Origin: Enterococcus sulfureus ATCC 49903
GTDB lineage: Bacteria > Bacillota > Bacilli > Lactobacillales > Enterococcaceae
Direction of reading: 5' to 3'
Assembly (NCBI RefSeq): GCF_000407605.1
Contig: NZ_ASWO01000005.1
Location: 563,227 to 627,226, forward strand
DNA: 64,000 nt
Below are positions 29,882 to 41,420 of the stretch, piece after piece; positions within the stretch are counted from its first letter, which is position 1, and every line of letters starts with the position of its first letter. A model generated the notes under the pieces. It saw only the letters and a program-made list of their open reading frames with translations, searched no databases and was not told the DNA's origin. The translations under genes and the position numbers were made by a program.

Positions 29882-31132
29882 TTAGTTACGAACGAGTCCG
29901 ATAAGTTTTTTGATTACTTGATAACTTTTGTATTTTACAGGTGAAACGACTTTTGTGTATACACCAAAACGTTCTTCAACTCGTCCATTAAACGAATCCT
30001 TAAATTTCAATACGCCATCTGATCCGTCGTATAGACCGTCTACGCCATAAAAATTATAACGTGGAATCTTGCGCGCGATGGCTTCTTGCATCATATAATC
30101 TTGAATCAAATACGGAGCATAGAATTTTTTATATTTTTCATAAGTTCCGCTAAACAAATACACCACTTCGGTAGGTTCTATGGCAAACAAGGCTCCAGCC
30201 AAAATAACATCTCCAGGCGTTTCGTTGGCAAATTGAGTCGCTTCTTCCATACGTACGTGTACAGTACGTAATTCATCTTCAAATTCGCGTTTTTGATTGT
30301 TCTTTTTACGACTTTTTGGATTGATAACCAAAAATGCTTCGATTTCATCTAGGGTTTGTTGGATTTCATTTGCCCGTTTTTCAAGATTTGCCGCATAGGT
30401 TGTAAAGTTGATCTCTGCTACGACAAATTTTGCCTTTGGTCCAAATTCACGAAAGAAAGCTTGGTAATAGGCTAAGGATTTATCTGAAAATCCTCGGCGT
30501 TCACTCGTTTCTTCGGTTAATTTTTTGAATTTAGGTAATTCTTCATAGGACAACTCACGTAAAATAATGCCATAGTCTTTCGTTTTTTTCACACTATACT
30601 GCGCTGATTTAGTATAAGAAGCACGCAAAGTATCTGGTGTAAGCAAAGAAAGATCCTTAATGAAAAATGGTTTTCCATAACTAATATACGCATCTGAATC
30701 AATTGGATCAATCGAAAAACCTTGCTTTTGATAGACCACATCATCATCAAACGGCACTTTTTCTAATTCTTCGCCTTGCGCTGTTAGCCAACGTTTCGCT
30801 TGGTTCGGTGCAATCGTCAAGATCAAGCCTTGATTTTTTTTGGTATAAGCTGTCAATTCTGCTAAAAAGGTCTCTAGACACGTTGAATCTTGTCGATCGA
30901 CCATCATGCCGCCATTGATCAGATACATTTGACCAAAACCTAATTTTGTATGCGTCAATAATGAAGAAGCTACGACATCGCCTTGACTATTTTTTAATCC
31001 GACAAATTCGCCGTGCCATCCGTTTTTTTCTTGTACTGCTTTCATTTCACTTGTTTGTAAAAAATTTGCTTGTGTAAATTGCGCCTGGTGCGCTTGAAAT
31101 TCTTCAGGTGTTAACTTCGTAAAAGTATACAT
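29882..31132 (-). CDS. FemAB-family aminoacyl-tRNA-dependent peptidoglycan interpeptide-bridge transferase (BppA/MurM/FemX-like)
   Basis: ~415 aa two-lobed FemABX fold with a central coiled-coil insertion. Start at MYTFTKL (RBS TGGAG). Confidence 0.75.
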   Translation of the reverse strand: MYTFTKLTPEEFQAHQAQFTQANFLQTSEMKAVQEKNGWHGEFVGLKNSQGDVVASSLLTHTKLGFGQMYLINGGMMVDRQDSTCLETFLAELTAYTKKNQGLILTIAPNQAKRWLTAQGEELEKVPFDDDVVYQKQGFSIDPIDSDAYISYGKPFFIKDLSLLTPDTLRASYTKSAQYSVKKTKDYGIILRELSYEELPKFKKLTEETSERRGFSDKSLAYYQAFFREFGPKAKFVVAEINFTTYAANLEKRANEIQQTLDEIEAFLVINPKSRKKNNQKREFEDELRTVHVRMEEATQFANETPGDVILAGALFAIEPTEVVYLFSGTYEKYKKFYAPYLIQDYMMQEAIARKIPRYNFYGVDGLYDGSDGVLKFKDSFNGRVEERFGVYTKVVSPVKYKSYQVIKKLIGLVRN

Positions 31133-31244
31133 ATAGGACAACTCCAATTTTCACTTTCTTTTCACAATTTTAGTTCATCGTTTGTTAGTGTATCACTCTT
31201 TCTTTCATTTGAAAAGTTAGGCTTTTAGCATTTACTAAAATCTT

Positions 31245-31276
31245 CAAAAAAAGTCGATTGCTATTTAGCAATCGAC
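31245..31276 (-). terminator. intrinsic terminator after flotillin gene
   Basis: GTCGATTGCTA / TAGCAATCGAC followed by T7 on the minus strand. Confidence 0.55.
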
Positions 31277-31291
31277 TAGATCTAGTTTACC

Positions 31292-32716
31292 TTATACTTC
31301 TGGTTTTTCTTCAGTTGATTTTGATTGCGTAGACTGCACCGCTTCAACTAACTCGCGATTGCCTTTTGTAGTCGCCATCGAATCATTGATCAGGGTGATC
31401 AAATCTAGACCGGTTGTTTCTTTGATCGTTTCAAATGTGCGGGCAAGACCAGCTTGTCCCATCTCATGAACCCCATCCCCTTGACCAAAACTTACGATCT
31501 TATCGATATTGCTAATTGGTGCATTCACTTCTTTCGCAATTTCTGGTAAGACTTTAATAAACTCGACCAAAATACCTGCTTCATTTAATTTTTGAAGCGC
31601 TACTGCCATTTGTTCTTGTGTTTGTGCTTGCGCTTGTCCTACTTTAGTAATTTTTTGTGCTTCTGCTTCCCCGAGTTTCGTCACTTTTTCAGCTTCAGCT
31701 TGAGCAGCTAGACGAACTTTCTCAGCTTCGGCTTCGGCATGAGCGATCTCTTTAGCTTTTTCGGCTAAGGCGCGTTGTTCCACAACATATTTTTCGGCTT
31801 CAGCTTGCTTACGTAGTGTCGCATTTAATTCTTTTTCCGTTAATTCAGCTTGTTTGCCTTGAATCTCAATATTTTTTTCTTGTTCAATCAAGTTGACTTT
31901 CATTTTTTCAACAACTGCGATTTGTTCAGCTTTTGCGTCTGCAACTTCACGCTCTTGTTTATACTGTGCTTCTTTTAAGGCCATTTCTTTATTGGCTTCG
32001 GCAATTTCCGTACGACGACGGATTTCTTCTTGTTGAGCCAATTGTTCATTACTCGCTTGCTTAATCCGGGTTTCTCTTAACGCATTGGATTCTGCGACTT
32101 CTGCATTCTTTTTCACTTCAGCAATTTGGGGACGACCCAGTGCATCTAAATATCCATTTGGATCACTTACATCTTTAATCGTAAAGGATACAATTTCTAG
32201 TCCCATTTTTCTTAAATCTGTAGATGCTACTTGTTGGACTTGTTCTGCAAAATCATCACGGTTTTTATAGATAGCTTCAACGGTCATCGTTCCTAAAATG
32301 GCACGTAGGTGTCCTTCTAGTACTTCGCGTGCTTCGTCTTCTAATTCTTCTGTCGATTTGCCAAGATATTGTTCAGCCGCTGTTTTAATCGAATCGACGC
32401 TATTGCCGATTTTGACCAATACAGTTGCACTAGCTTTAATTGGTACACCTTGTTCAGTATACACTTCAGGTGTCCCAATTTCTAATTTATGTGTTAATAA
32501 GCTAAGGGTATGGGCTTTTTGAACGATTGGAATGACAAACGTTCCACTATTTTTTAAAATTTTAATCCCATCTTTGCCCAAAAATGATCCTGTTACGATT
32601 AACGCTTCATCTGGTTTTCCAATACGATAACGAATCATTAAAAAGGTGATGATAGCTAGTAAAGCAATCACAATCCAAACAATTGGGTTCATCAATAAAT
32701 CTGTAATCATAGTCAA
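31292..32716 (-). CDS. flotillin-like protein (SPFH/band-7 domain, FloT/YuaG-type)
   Basis: N-terminal TM, SPFH domain, then a long EA-rich coiled coil (AEAEKVRLAAQAEAEK). Confidence 0.85.
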   Translation of the reverse strand: MTMITDLLMNPIVWIVIALLAIITFLMIRYRIGKPDEALIVTGSFLGKDGIKILKNSGTFVIPIVQKAHTLSLLTHKLEIGTPEVYTEQGVPIKASATVLVKIGNSVDSIKTAAEQYLGKSTEELEDEAREVLEGHLRAILGTMTVEAIYKNRDDFAEQVQQVASTDLRKMGLEIVSFTIKDVSDPNGYLDALGRPQIAEVKKNAEVAESNALRETRIKQASNEQLAQQEEIRRRTEIAEANKEMALKEAQYKQEREVADAKAEQIAVVEKMKVNLIEQEKNIEIQGKQAELTEKELNATLRKQAEAEKYVVEQRALAEKAKEIAHAEAEAEKVRLAAQAEAEKVTKLGEAEAQKITKVGQAQAQTQEQMAVALQKLNEAGILVEFIKVLPEIAKEVNAPISNIDKIVSFGQGDGVHEMGQAGLARTFETIKETTGLDLITLINDSMATTKGNRELVEAVQSTQSKSTEEKPEV

Positions 32717-33111
32717 TTCCCTCTTTCTAAAAATGAATTTGCTTTTGCGACACGCGCTACGCCTTCTCGATCAAATTCAATAATCAAGACCTTTGTTCCA
32801 ACAGGATATAACACATCGGCTTGTTGTTCATCTAATTGAAATAAGCGTGCTGGATATAAACTTTGATGCTCAGTGTCTAACACTTCGCCATATCCTTTAC
32901 CTTGAATTTTAAGTGTAACTTCACCTAAATAATAGGTACGTTCTTCCGCAACGTTCGATTGATTTCTATCTGTAATTTTGTTGTACAGATACATCATTGG
33001 TGCAAAACACACACTTAATAAAAGATAGGCTAGAAGAATAGCAAGTAACAACATTAAAATTTTTAATACAAGTGGTGCTTCTTGAATCGCTTGTATACTT
33101 TGATTTATCAT
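32713..33111 (-). CDS. NfeD-like membrane protein (YuaF-type) partner of flotillin
   Basis: One TM helix plus a C-terminal OB-fold-like domain. Its stop overlaps the flotillin start (ATGA). Start at MINQS (RBS AGAGGTGA). Confidence 0.7.
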   Translation of the reverse strand: MINQSIQAIQEAPLVLKILMLLLAILLAYLLLSVCFAPMMYLYNKITDRNQSNVAEERTYYLGEVTLKIQGKGYGEVLDTEHQSLYPARLFQLDEQQADVLYPVGTKVLIIEFDREGVARVAKANSFLERGN

Positions 33112-33171
33112 GCGTTCACCTCTTCTCTTTTCATCATATCTTAATTTTCGAGCGCTTACAATCATTTTCAT

Positions 33172-33210
33172 AAAAAAAGAACTATCGCTCGGTGCGATAG
33201 TTCTTTTTTT
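33172..33210. terminator. bidirectional intrinsic terminator after trmFO
   Basis: AAAAAAAGAACTATCGC TCGGT GCGATAGTTCTTTTTTT. Confidence 0.65.
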
Positions 33211-33211
33211 A

Positions 33212-34522
33212 TTAGACAGTTACTTGTACGCCTTCAACTGTTGCGAGCGCATCTAAAGCACGGTTTGCTAAAGTTTCATAACGTGTTTTTTTGTCACGAA
33301 TACGTTCTGGAAGTTCTGGGAACAACCCAAAATTAGCATTCATTGGTTGGAAATGTTTACCCGAAGCGTGCGTGATATAATACGCCATCGAGCCAATTGC
33401 GGTTTCTTGTGGAAACACGATCAATTCTTCTTGTTTGGCCATTTTAGCTGCATTGATTCCTGCAACTAATCCACTTGCTGCACTTTCAACATATCCTTCA
33501 ACACCGGTCATTTGACCTGCGAAAAACAAATCATCGCGCTTACGTGATTGATAGGTTTGGTGCAATAATTCTGGTGAATTCATAAAACTATTGCGATGCA
33601 TCACACCGTAACGTACGATTTCCGCATTTTCTAGTCCTGGAATCATTTGGAATACTCGTTTTTGTTCGCCCCATTTTAAATGCGTTTGGAATCCTACGAT
33701 ATTATAAAGAGAAGCAACCGCGTTATCTTGGCGTAATTGGATAACCGCATAGGGACGTTTCCCTGTTTTAGGATCTTCTAGCCCAACTGGTTTCATTGGA
33801 CCAAATAACATCGTCTTAGGACCACGTGTTGCCATCACTTCGATCGGCATACATCCTTCAAAGTATTTCTCTTCTTCAAAATCTTTTAATGGAGCCACTT
33901 CAGCTGTAACTAATGCTTCACGAAATGCTTCAAATTCCTCTTTGTTCATTGGACAATTCAGATAAGCCGCTTCGCCTTTATTATAGCGTGATTTTAAATA
34001 CACTTTCTCCATATCGATTGTATTTTTATCAATGATCGGTGCCGCTGCATCATAGAAATAAAAACCATCTGAACCATTAAATTCTTTAATGGCTTGTGCT
34101 AGTGGCGCCGAGGTCAACGGACCTGTTGCGACAATCGTAATCCCCTCTGGAATTTCTGTGATTTCTTCTTCAACCACAGTAACAAGAGGATGTTCTTTCA
34201 CTCGTTTTGTAATTAATTCTGAGAACGTATCGCGATCGACAGCTAACGCGCCTCCTGCAGGTACAGCAGTTTGATCAGCAGAAGTGATAATGACAGAGTC
34301 TAAACGACGCATTTCTTCTTTTAATACCCCCACTGCATTTGTCAAATTATTTCCTCGTAATGAATTTGAACAAACAAGTTCAGCAAAATTTCCAGTATGA
34401 TGCGCCTCAGTTGATTTTTTAGGGCGCATTTCATATAAACGAACCGGTACACCTGCTTTTGCCACTTGCCAAGCAGCCTCGCTTCCTGCTAAACCTGCCC
34501 CGATAACATTAACTGTTTTCAT
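33212..34522 (-). CDS. trmFO: methylenetetrahydrofolate--tRNA-(uracil54-C5)-methyltransferase TrmFO (Gid)
   Basis: N-terminal FAD motif [12 protein letters not shown]. Lies after topA, as in Bacillus. Confidence 0.9.
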   Translation of the reverse strand: MKTVNVIGAGLAGSEAAWQVAKAGVPVRLYEMRPKKSTEAHHTGNFAELVCSNSLRGNNLTNAVGVLKEEMRRLDSVIITSADQTAVPAGGALAVDRDTFSELITKRVKEHPLVTVVEEEITEIPEGITIVATGPLTSAPLAQAIKEFNGSDGFYFYDAAAPIIDKNTIDMEKVYLKSRYNKGEAAYLNCPMNKEEFEAFREALVTAEVAPLKDFEEEKYFEGCMPIEVMATRGPKTMLFGPMKPVGLEDPKTGKRPYAVIQLRQDNAVASLYNIVGFQTHLKWGEQKRVFQMIPGLENAEIVRYGVMHRNSFMNSPELLHQTYQSRKRDDLFFAGQMTGVEGYVESAASGLVAGINAAKMAKQEELIVFPQETAIGSMAYYITHASGKHFQPMNANFGLFPELPERIRDKKTRYETLANRALDALATVEGVQVTV

Positions 34523-34546
34523 ATCGTTTCCCCTTTATTGAATAAA

Positions 34547-36625
34547 TTATTTTTGCACATCTTCTTCGTAATCGCCAGTTGGACAAATGACTTGTTTCCC
34601 ACCTTTGACTTTCTTTTCAACAAGATAATGCGTACATTTTGGACAATCGCGTCCAACTGGTTTATCCCACGACGTAAATTCACACGTTGGATAATTGGTA
34701 CATCCATAAAAAATACGGTTTTTCTTTGATTTACGTTCGACTACTTGCCCTTCATGACACACTGGACATGGTACGCCAATTTCTTTAACGATCGGTTTTG
34801 TATTGCGACAATCTGGGAAATTGCTACATGCATAAAATTTACCATATTTTCCTAGTTTGATCACCATCGGATGCCCGCATAGTTCACAATCAAAACCTGC
34901 TGGTTCATCTTTGATTTGAATTTTTTCGATTTTTTCTTCTGCTTCTGTCAACTCTTTTTCAAATGGACGATAGAAACGATCCACAATATTGACCCATTCT
35001 TCTTTGCCTTCTTCAACACGATCCAGATTTTCTTCCATCTCTGCTGTAAAATGAACATCCACGATTTGCGGGAAGAATTCTTCTACTAAATTATTCACGA
35101 TTTCACCAAGTTCTGTTGGTTCAAAGCGTTTTTGTGCTAATTTGACATAGTAGCGTCGTTGAATCGTTTCGAGCGTTGGCGCATAAGTCGATGGACGTCC
35201 GACACCATTTTCTTCCAACGTACGAATCAGCGTCGCTTCACTAAAACGTGCTGGTGGTTGAGTAAAATGTTGTTTTGGTTCGATATCGACTGATTTTACA
35301 ATATCTCCGACAGCAAGTTCAGGTAAGATGTTTTCTTTATCTTCTTTTCCATCGTCGCGCCCTTCTACATAGACCTTCATAAAGCCTTGGAACTTCACTT
35401 TAGAGCCATTGGCAATAAACATTACTTCATCTTGTTCGAGCGTAACTTTCATCGTATCTAAGATAGCTGGTTTCATTTGACTGGCAACAAGACGCGACCA
35501 GATCAAACTGTATAATTTCATTTGATCTTTATCTAAATATTTTTCTAACGATTGTGGTGTACGTAAGCTGCTTGTTGGTCGAATCGCTTCATGGGCATCT
35601 TGAGAGCCTTGAGCGTTGGCCAATTTCTTAGTAGAATGTGCAGCAAATTCTGCACCATAAGTTTCTTCAATAAATCCTGTTACTTCAGCTTTCGCAGAAT
35701 CTGCAATTCGTTTTGAATCTGTACGCATATACGTGATCAATCCAACTGTACCTTGCTTACCAAGAGAAATTCCTTCATACAATTGCTGCGCGACCATCAT
35801 CGTTTTACGTGTTCTAAAATTCAATTTACGTGCGGCTTCTTGTTGCATACTACTTGTTGTAAATGGCGCTGCTGGATTGCGTTTCCGCTCATTTTTTTCA
35901 ACTTTTTTTACTTCAAATTCACGTTTGGTCAACCGTTTTGTGATCGATTCAACATCTTCTTGTGTCTGAAGTTTTTGTTTCTTGCCTGCGACACCCCAAA
36001 AATTAGCTTTAAATTTTTTCCGAGCTTTTAAAAAATTACCCTCGATCGTCCAATACTCTTCTGGTTTAAATTGACGAATTTCTTTTTCACGATCAATAAT
36101 AATTTTTAACGCAACCGATTGTACACGCCCGGCACTTAATCCTTTTTTCACTTTACGCCATAGAATCGGACTTAATGAGTAGCCCACCAAACGATCTAAT
36201 ATCCGTCTAGCTTGTTGCGCATCCACACGATTGATATCAATCGTTCTTGGTTCTTTAAAAGCCGCTTTCACAGCTTCTTTAGTAATCTCATTGAATACTA
36301 CGCGGTTTTTATCATTTAAGTCTAGTCCTAATAAATACGCAAGATGCCACGCTATAGCTTCTCCTTCTCTATCCGGGTCACTAGCCAAGAAGACTTTTTC
36401 AGCTTTTTTAGCCGCTTTACGTAGCTCTTTGATTACATCGCCTTTTCCCCGAATCGAAATGTAATGTGGTTCATAATGATTTTCGACATCAATTCCCATC
36501 TTACTTTTAGGCAGATCGCGAATATGACCAACACTGGCCACGACTTTATAATTTCTTCCTAAGTATTTCTCGATTGTTTTTGCTTTTGCAGGTGATTCTA
36601 CAATAACTAAATATTTATAGGCCAT
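34547..36625 (-). CDS. topA: DNA topoisomerase I
   Basis: [17 protein letters not shown], the active-site Tyr region, and C-terminal Zn-ribbon C4 repeats. Confidence 0.9.
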   Translation of the reverse strand: MAYKYLVIVESPAKAKTIEKYLGRNYKVVASVGHIRDLPKSKMGIDVENHYEPHYISIRGKGDVIKELRKAAKKAEKVFLASDPDREGEAIAWHLAYLLGLDLNDKNRVVFNEITKEAVKAAFKEPRTIDINRVDAQQARRILDRLVGYSLSPILWRKVKKGLSAGRVQSVALKIIIDREKEIRQFKPEEYWTIEGNFLKARKKFKANFWGVAGKKQKLQTQEDVESITKRLTKREFEVKKVEKNERKRNPAAPFTTSSMQQEAARKLNFRTRKTMMVAQQLYEGISLGKQGTVGLITYMRTDSKRIADSAKAEVTGFIEETYGAEFAAHSTKKLANAQGSQDAHEAIRPTSSLRTPQSLEKYLDKDQMKLYSLIWSRLVASQMKPAILDTMKVTLEQDEVMFIANGSKVKFQGFMKVYVEGRDDGKEDKENILPELAVGDIVKSVDIEPKQHFTQPPARFSEATLIRTLEENGVGRPSTYAPTLETIQRRYYVKLAQKRFEPTELGEIVNNLVEEFFPQIVDVHFTAEMEENLDRVEEGKEEWVNIVDRFYRPFEKELTEAEEKIEKIQIKDEPAGFDCELCGHPMVIKLGKYGKFYACSNFPDCRNTKPIVKEIGVPCPVCHEGQVVERKSKKNRIFYGCTNYPTCEFTSWDKPVGRDCPKCTHYLVEKKVKGGKQVICPTGDYEEDVQK

Positions 36626-36758
36626 AAAAATGGCTCCTTCCTAAAAGTTTCTACTATATAATAGTTACTTTTTTGTGTTACAAATCGTAGCTAATCATAT
36701 CGAGTAGAAATTTATTTGTCAAGAAGCGAAGAAATTTTTTTATGCCTTTTTGCACATT

Positions 36759-37646
36759 TTAGCGATAAAATTGTGTTTCATTGATTATTTTTTGGGCATT
36801 TGTTGTGCAAATCGCGCCATCTAAAATCAATTCGTGACACCCTTGGGATTGCCCGGATAAAATATCGCCCGGTACAGCAAATACATCCCGCCCATACTCT
36901 AGTGCAAGTTGTGCAGTAATCAATGCACCACTACGCTGTTTGGCTTCGACCACGCAAACCCCATCTGCAATACCTGCGATCACTCGATTTCGCATTGGAA
37001 AATGATGCCGTTTTGGCTTGGTGCCTATCGGGTGTTCACTGAGGACTAAATGATGACGGCACATCTCATTAAATAACGAAATAGATTCTTTTGGATAACA
37101 ATAATCTAACCCGCAAGCTACCACACCAATCGTCTTACCAGTATGGCGGAGTGTTTGATCATGTGCACACCAATCGACTCCTTTAGCTAACCCACTGATT
37201 GTTACAATCTCTTCTTTTATAAGCTCTGGAATAAAAGTTCTAATCACTTTATAGGCATACGAAGTCGCTTGTCTCGCTCCTACGATTCCAATAATCTTTT
37301 TAGCATCTAATAACGTAATATCCCCTCTATAAAATAACACTAGAGGCGGGGAAGAAATTTGTCGCAACTGTTCAGGATACATCGGATCGAAATAGGTAAT
37401 AAATTGTTCCATTTTTAGTTTCTCTTCCATTATTTCAGAAGTCAATGCAGAAAAACTAGTCATAAAATCGATACGTGTACGGTGTAATTGTGCAATTTGG
37501 CTTAATTCACTTACTGACAATTGGGAAGTGTTTGTTTCTATCAGATGCATCAAAATTTTCCATTTTCCAACGATCCCAATTCCTTTAGAATATGTCAAAC
37601 GCAATAATAGTTGCGAGATAGATGTTAATTTCTTAAATTTTTCCAA
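36759..37646 (-). CDS. dprA: DNA processing protein DprA (Smf)
   Basis: Rossmann-like GIVGARQATSY...GLAKGVD motifs. Lies upstream of topA. Confidence 0.85.
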   Translation of the reverse strand: MEKFKKLTSISQLLLRLTYSKGIGIVGKWKILMHLIETNTSQLSVSELSQIAQLHRTRIDFMTSFSALTSEIMEEKLKMEQFITYFDPMYPEQLRQISSPPLVLFYRGDITLLDAKKIIGIVGARQATSYAYKVIRTFIPELIKEEIVTISGLAKGVDWCAHDQTLRHTGKTIGVVACGLDYCYPKESISLFNEMCRHHLVLSEHPIGTKPKRHHFPMRNRVIAGIADGVCVVEAKQRSGALITAQLALEYGRDVFAVPGDILSGQSQGCHELILDGAICTTNAQKIINETQFYR

Positions 37647-37700
37647 AAAAATCCCTCTTTCCGTAAGTCTTTATATCTACTTACGCAAAAAGGGAACGAT

Positions 37701-38465
37701 TTAACAATATTGTTTTACCGGTGCAAAGGTTTTACGATGAATCGGTGTAATTCCAGTACTCGCTAGTGCCGCAAGATGCTTTTTAGTTCCATATCCTGCA
37801 TTATGTTCAAAATCAAATTCAGGATATTGCTTCCCATACTCTGCCATTTGTTGATCGCGAATTGTTTTAGCGACAATACTTGCTGCCGCAATCGATACAG
37901 ATCGTGCATCGCCTTTGATAATCTTGTCTTGTGCAATCGGAAGATCTAGATACATTGCATCGATCAATAAATGATCTGGTTTTACTGTAAGATTTTCAAC
38001 TGCTTGACACATCGCAAGTTTACTCGCTTGATATATATTGACCTCATCGATCACTTTCGCTGTAATTTCACCAACACCAATAGCCAGAGCACACGTACAA
38101 ATCTCTTCATAAAGTGCGAGACGTTTTTTTTCACTAAGTTTTTTTGAATCATCTAGTCCTAAAATACCATGATTTTCTGGTAAAATAACCGCAGCTGCTA
38201 CAACCGGACCGGCTAGTGGGCCACGACCGACTTCATCGATTCCAGCAATTAATCGAGCACCTTGTTGTCTAGCATGCCGTTCAAATTCAGACATTTCAAA
38301 ACATTTGATGGCGAGTTCGGCTTGTTTTTGTTGACGCTTTTCATATTGACGTAGGGCTTGTTGCACCCCTTTACGAGAATCTTGCTGAAATGTCGTCATT
38401 TCAGTTTCAGAAAGCTGCGTGATCGTTGACAGATACTCTTTGATTTCTTTAATCGAGTCCATCAT
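37701..38465 (-). CDS. rnhB: ribonuclease HII
   Basis: AGIDEVGRGPLAGPVV active-site motif. Start taken at an internal ATG after the GAGGA RBS. It overlaps the rbgA 3' end. Confidence 0.85.
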   Translation of the reverse strand: MMDSIKEIKEYLSTITQLSETEMTTFQQDSRKGVQQALRQYEKRQQKQAELAIKCFEMSEFERHARQQGARLIAGIDEVGRGPLAGPVVAAAVILPENHGILGLDDSKKLSEKKRLALYEEICTCALAIGVGEITAKVIDEVNIYQASKLAMCQAVENLTVKPDHLLIDAMYLDLPIAQDKIIKGDARSVSIAAASIVAKTIRDQQMAEYGKQYPEFDFEHNAGYGTKKHLAALASTGITPIHRKTFAPVKQYC

Positions 38466-39315
38466 TGTCATCCTCAAATTCATCGACACGATCGAGCGTA
38501 AAACGTCCTAAACGTTCTTGACGAATATCTAATAAAATGCGTTCACTGGCGCGTTCATAATCGTCACGAAATCCTAATTTTTTCGTAATTTCCATCAGCA
38601 ATTCTGCAGCAGGCAATTGCTCCATTTCTTCTGCTAATTTATAACGTTTCGCCAAACGCGTAGGGTAATGACGCACAAAAAAATCAATTCCGTATAAAGC
38701 AATATCATCTAAATGAAGCAATTGATCCTTAATCGCACCCGTTAGCGCTAATTTTTTGCCAATTAATTCGTCTTCAAATTTTGGCCATAAAATCCCTGGT
38801 GTATCTAGTAGTTCTAGTTCATTGGCCACACGTAACCATTGTTGCCCTTTTGTTACCCCAGGTTTATTGCCTGTTTGAGCAATTTTTTTTCCAATCAATC
38901 GATTCATCAACGTCGATTTCCCAACATTAGGAATCCCAATCACCATTGCACGGATCGCTCGTGGCTGAATCCCACGTTCTTGATCCCGTTGACGTTTTTC
39001 AGCTAATACCTTTTTCGCTGTAGCCATGATCAATTTTACACTTGAATTTTCTTTGGAATTAATAGCTAAAGCATAAAATCCCTGCTGTTTAAAATAGGCG
39101 ATCCATTGCTTGGTTTGATACTCGTCCGCTAAATCTACTTTATTCAATAAAATCAGCCGTGGTTTTTGTTGGATAATTTGATCTAACATTGGATTACGAG
39201 AGGATAAAGGCAAGCGTGCATCTACCAACTCGAATACCATGTCTACAAATTTTAATTTTTCACTTACTTCTCGTCTTGCTTTGGCCATATGACCTGGAAA
39301 CCATTGGATTGTCAT
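38449..39315 (-). CDS. rbgA: ribosome biogenesis GTPase A (YlqF/RbgA)
   Basis: Circularly permuted GTPase: MTIQWFPGHM..., G4 NKVD before G1 GIPNVGKST. Confidence 0.85.
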   Translation of the reverse strand: MTIQWFPGHMAKARREVSEKLKFVDMVFELVDARLPLSSRNPMLDQIIQQKPRLILLNKVDLADEYQTKQWIAYFKQQGFYALAINSKENSSVKLIMATAKKVLAEKRQRDQERGIQPRAIRAMVIGIPNVGKSTLMNRLIGKKIAQTGNKPGVTKGQQWLRVANELELLDTPGILWPKFEDELIGKKLALTGAIKDQLLHLDDIALYGIDFFVRHYPTRLAKRYKLAEEMEQLPAAELLMEITKKLGFRDDYERASERILLDIRQERLGRFTLDRVDEFEDDNDGLD

Positions 39316-39340
39316 TTCATTATTCCTCTCACTTTTACAC

Positions 39341-39889
39341 TTATTGGATCCATTTTACATCTTTTATTGGATAATAGACAAAAAAGGCTTTTCCGATAAT
39401 TTGATCTTCGCTGATGGCACCAAACGAACGGCTATCTTTGGATACCCGTCGATTGTCTCCAATCACAAAATAACTATCTTTTCCTAATTTATCTACATTC
39501 ATCAACTCTTCTAGTGAAAAGTCGTTTGTATATGAATTTTGATTTTGATCGTTTTGTTTATTTTCAGTTAGATAAGGTTCCGCTACTTTTTTTCCATCGA
39601 TATACAGCTGGTCGTCTTTGTAACTAACCGTTTCACCCGGCAAGCCAATCACACGTTTGATATATGTATTGCCGTCAGATAATTGAAAGACGACAACATC
39701 AAACCGTTTGATTTTCGTAAATTTTTCAACCAATACCCAATCATTTTGTTTTAATGTCGTATTCATCGAGTTGCCCTCAACAGGGATCGGTAAGAAAATA
39801 AAGCCTCGAACAATCAATGCAATGAACGTAACGACGACGCTATATTTACATGCTAACCAAAAATAGTCAAGAATGAGTCGCCTCGTCAT
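39341..39889 (-). CDS. lepB: signal peptidase I
   Basis: GNSMNTTL (Ser nucleophile) and YIKRVIGLPGE (Lys box). Confidence 0.85.
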   Translation of the reverse strand: MTRRLILDYFWLACKYSVVVTFIALIVRGFIFLPIPVEGNSMNTTLKQNDWVLVEKFTKIKRFDVVVFQLSDGNTYIKRVIGLPGETVSYKDDQLYIDGKKVAEPYLTENKQNDQNQNSYTNDFSLEELMNVDKLGKDSYFVIGDNRRVSKDSRSFGAISEDQIIGKAFFVYYPIKDVKWIQ

Positions 39890-39901
39890 TTCGCATCACT
39901 C

Positions 39902-41329
39902 CTACTTTTTGAGTTCTTCCAATGCACGTGTATACATTGCATCTTTTTCTTTTAATTGCGTTGCAGCAGCTTCTTGGATTTTTTTGACTGTTGCACTATC
40001 TACGACTCCAGTAACCGGCAATCCTTCTTTTGTTTGAAAGTCTTCTACAGCTTTTTTCGTTTCTTCAGTAAATTGCTCACCAGAAAGTTCTCCATAACCT
40101 AATCCTGCCAGATAGAGATTCAAACTTTTGACAGCACTTGAACTAATGCCCAACGATAGTTCTTGATCGGTCGGTAATGGGGTTGCATAAACAAATGCTG
40201 GATAATCGACTTCGATCGTAGGCGTGATTCCTTTTTCATGAATCCAATTTTTTTTCGGTGTAAGCCACTTCTTAATTGTCAATTTGACTTCACTGCCATC
40301 TTGATATTCGGTAATGGTCTGCACAGTGCCTTTTCCAAAAGTTTTTGTTCCAACTAATGGAATATTCGCCGATTCATTGACCGCACCTGCAAAAATTTCA
40401 GAAGCAGAAGCACTCCCGCCATCGACTAATACAACTGTCGGCTCGGTTACTTTAAATCCACCGTCTAATTCTTTAGAGGCAACGGTTTTTTGAAGATTTC
40501 CATCACGATCTTCTAATTGGACAATCGTTTGACCATCTTTTAAGAACATACTCGCCATATTGCTTACTTGATCTAATAGGCCTCCAGGATTTTGACGCAA
40601 ATCGATGACAAAAGCAGTTGCGCCTTGTTTGCGTAAAGATTCGACGGCTTCTTTTAATTCTGTTGCTGTTTTTTCCGCAAAGGTGGTGATTTCAATTTTT
40701 CCGACATTAGGCTGTTCTTTATCTATACTTGACGTGACCGAATACAATGGAATTTTATCTCTAGTTAACGTCACTTTAAAGGTTTCCTCATTACGCTTAA
40801 GTGTTAAGGTCACATTTGTTCCTTTTTCACCCCGAACTTGATTCACGATTTCGGTCAAACTTTTTCCAGTCGTCTCTTTCCCATCCACAGCTAGTATTTG
40901 ATCACCAGCTTTTAATCCAGCTTTTTCAGCTGGTGTATCTTTAATTGGTGCTTGCGCGATCTGTGGGATACCATCGACTAGCGTTAAGGTCGCACCGATC
41001 CCTTCAAAACTATCAGACAAAGATTCGTTGAGTTCTGTTGCTTCAGGTTTTTCTAAATAAGTCGTATATGGGTCATCTAGGGCTTCTGTCATTCCTTTTA
41101 ACGCCCCATCAACTAATTTATCGGTATCGACTTTTTTATAATAATTTTTTTCCAACACATCATATAAGGCATGGACCTTTGCTAATTCATCTGTGCTGGC
41201 TACTTGTGAAGGCATAATGGTATTGGATTGTAGATGATCCACTCCAAATACGACACCACCTGCTACAATCGCTGTGATCGCAAGGGAACTAAAAAAGAGT
41301 TTTTTTGATATAGGTTTTTCTTGCTTCAT
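39902..41329 (-). CDS. ctpA: carboxy-terminal processing protease (S41) with PDZ and C-terminal peptidoglycan-binding-like domain
   Basis: S41 motifs (GSASASEIFAGA, K in GTKTFGKG), a PDZ segment and an N-terminal TM helix. Confidence 0.8.
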   Translation of the reverse strand: MKQEKPISKKLFFSSLAITAIVAGGVVFGVDHLQSNTIMPSQVASTDELAKVHALYDVLEKNYYKKVDTDKLVDGALKGMTEALDDPYTTYLEKPEATELNESLSDSFEGIGATLTLVDGIPQIAQAPIKDTPAEKAGLKAGDQILAVDGKETTGKSLTEIVNQVRGEKGTNVTLTLKRNEETFKVTLTRDKIPLYSVTSSIDKEQPNVGKIEITTFAEKTATELKEAVESLRKQGATAFVIDLRQNPGGLLDQVSNMASMFLKDGQTIVQLEDRDGNLQKTVASKELDGGFKVTEPTVVLVDGGSASASEIFAGAVNESANIPLVGTKTFGKGTVQTITEYQDGSEVKLTIKKWLTPKKNWIHEKGITPTIEVDYPAFVYATPLPTDQELSLGISSSAVKSLNLYLAGLGYGELSGEQFTEETKKAVEDFQTKEGLPVTGVVDSATVKKIQEAAATQLKEKDAMYTRALEELKK

Positions 41330-41382
41330 ATAATAGCCTCCGACATCTTCTCATTTTACACTATTCTCCCTATACTACCATG

Positions 41383-41419
41383 AGAAAAAAAAAAGAAAAA
41401 GAGCAGACGCTCTTTTTCC
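41383..41419. terminator. bidirectional terminator
   Basis: AAAAAGAGC AGAC GCTCTTTTT. Confidence 0.5.
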
Positions 41420-41420
41420 A

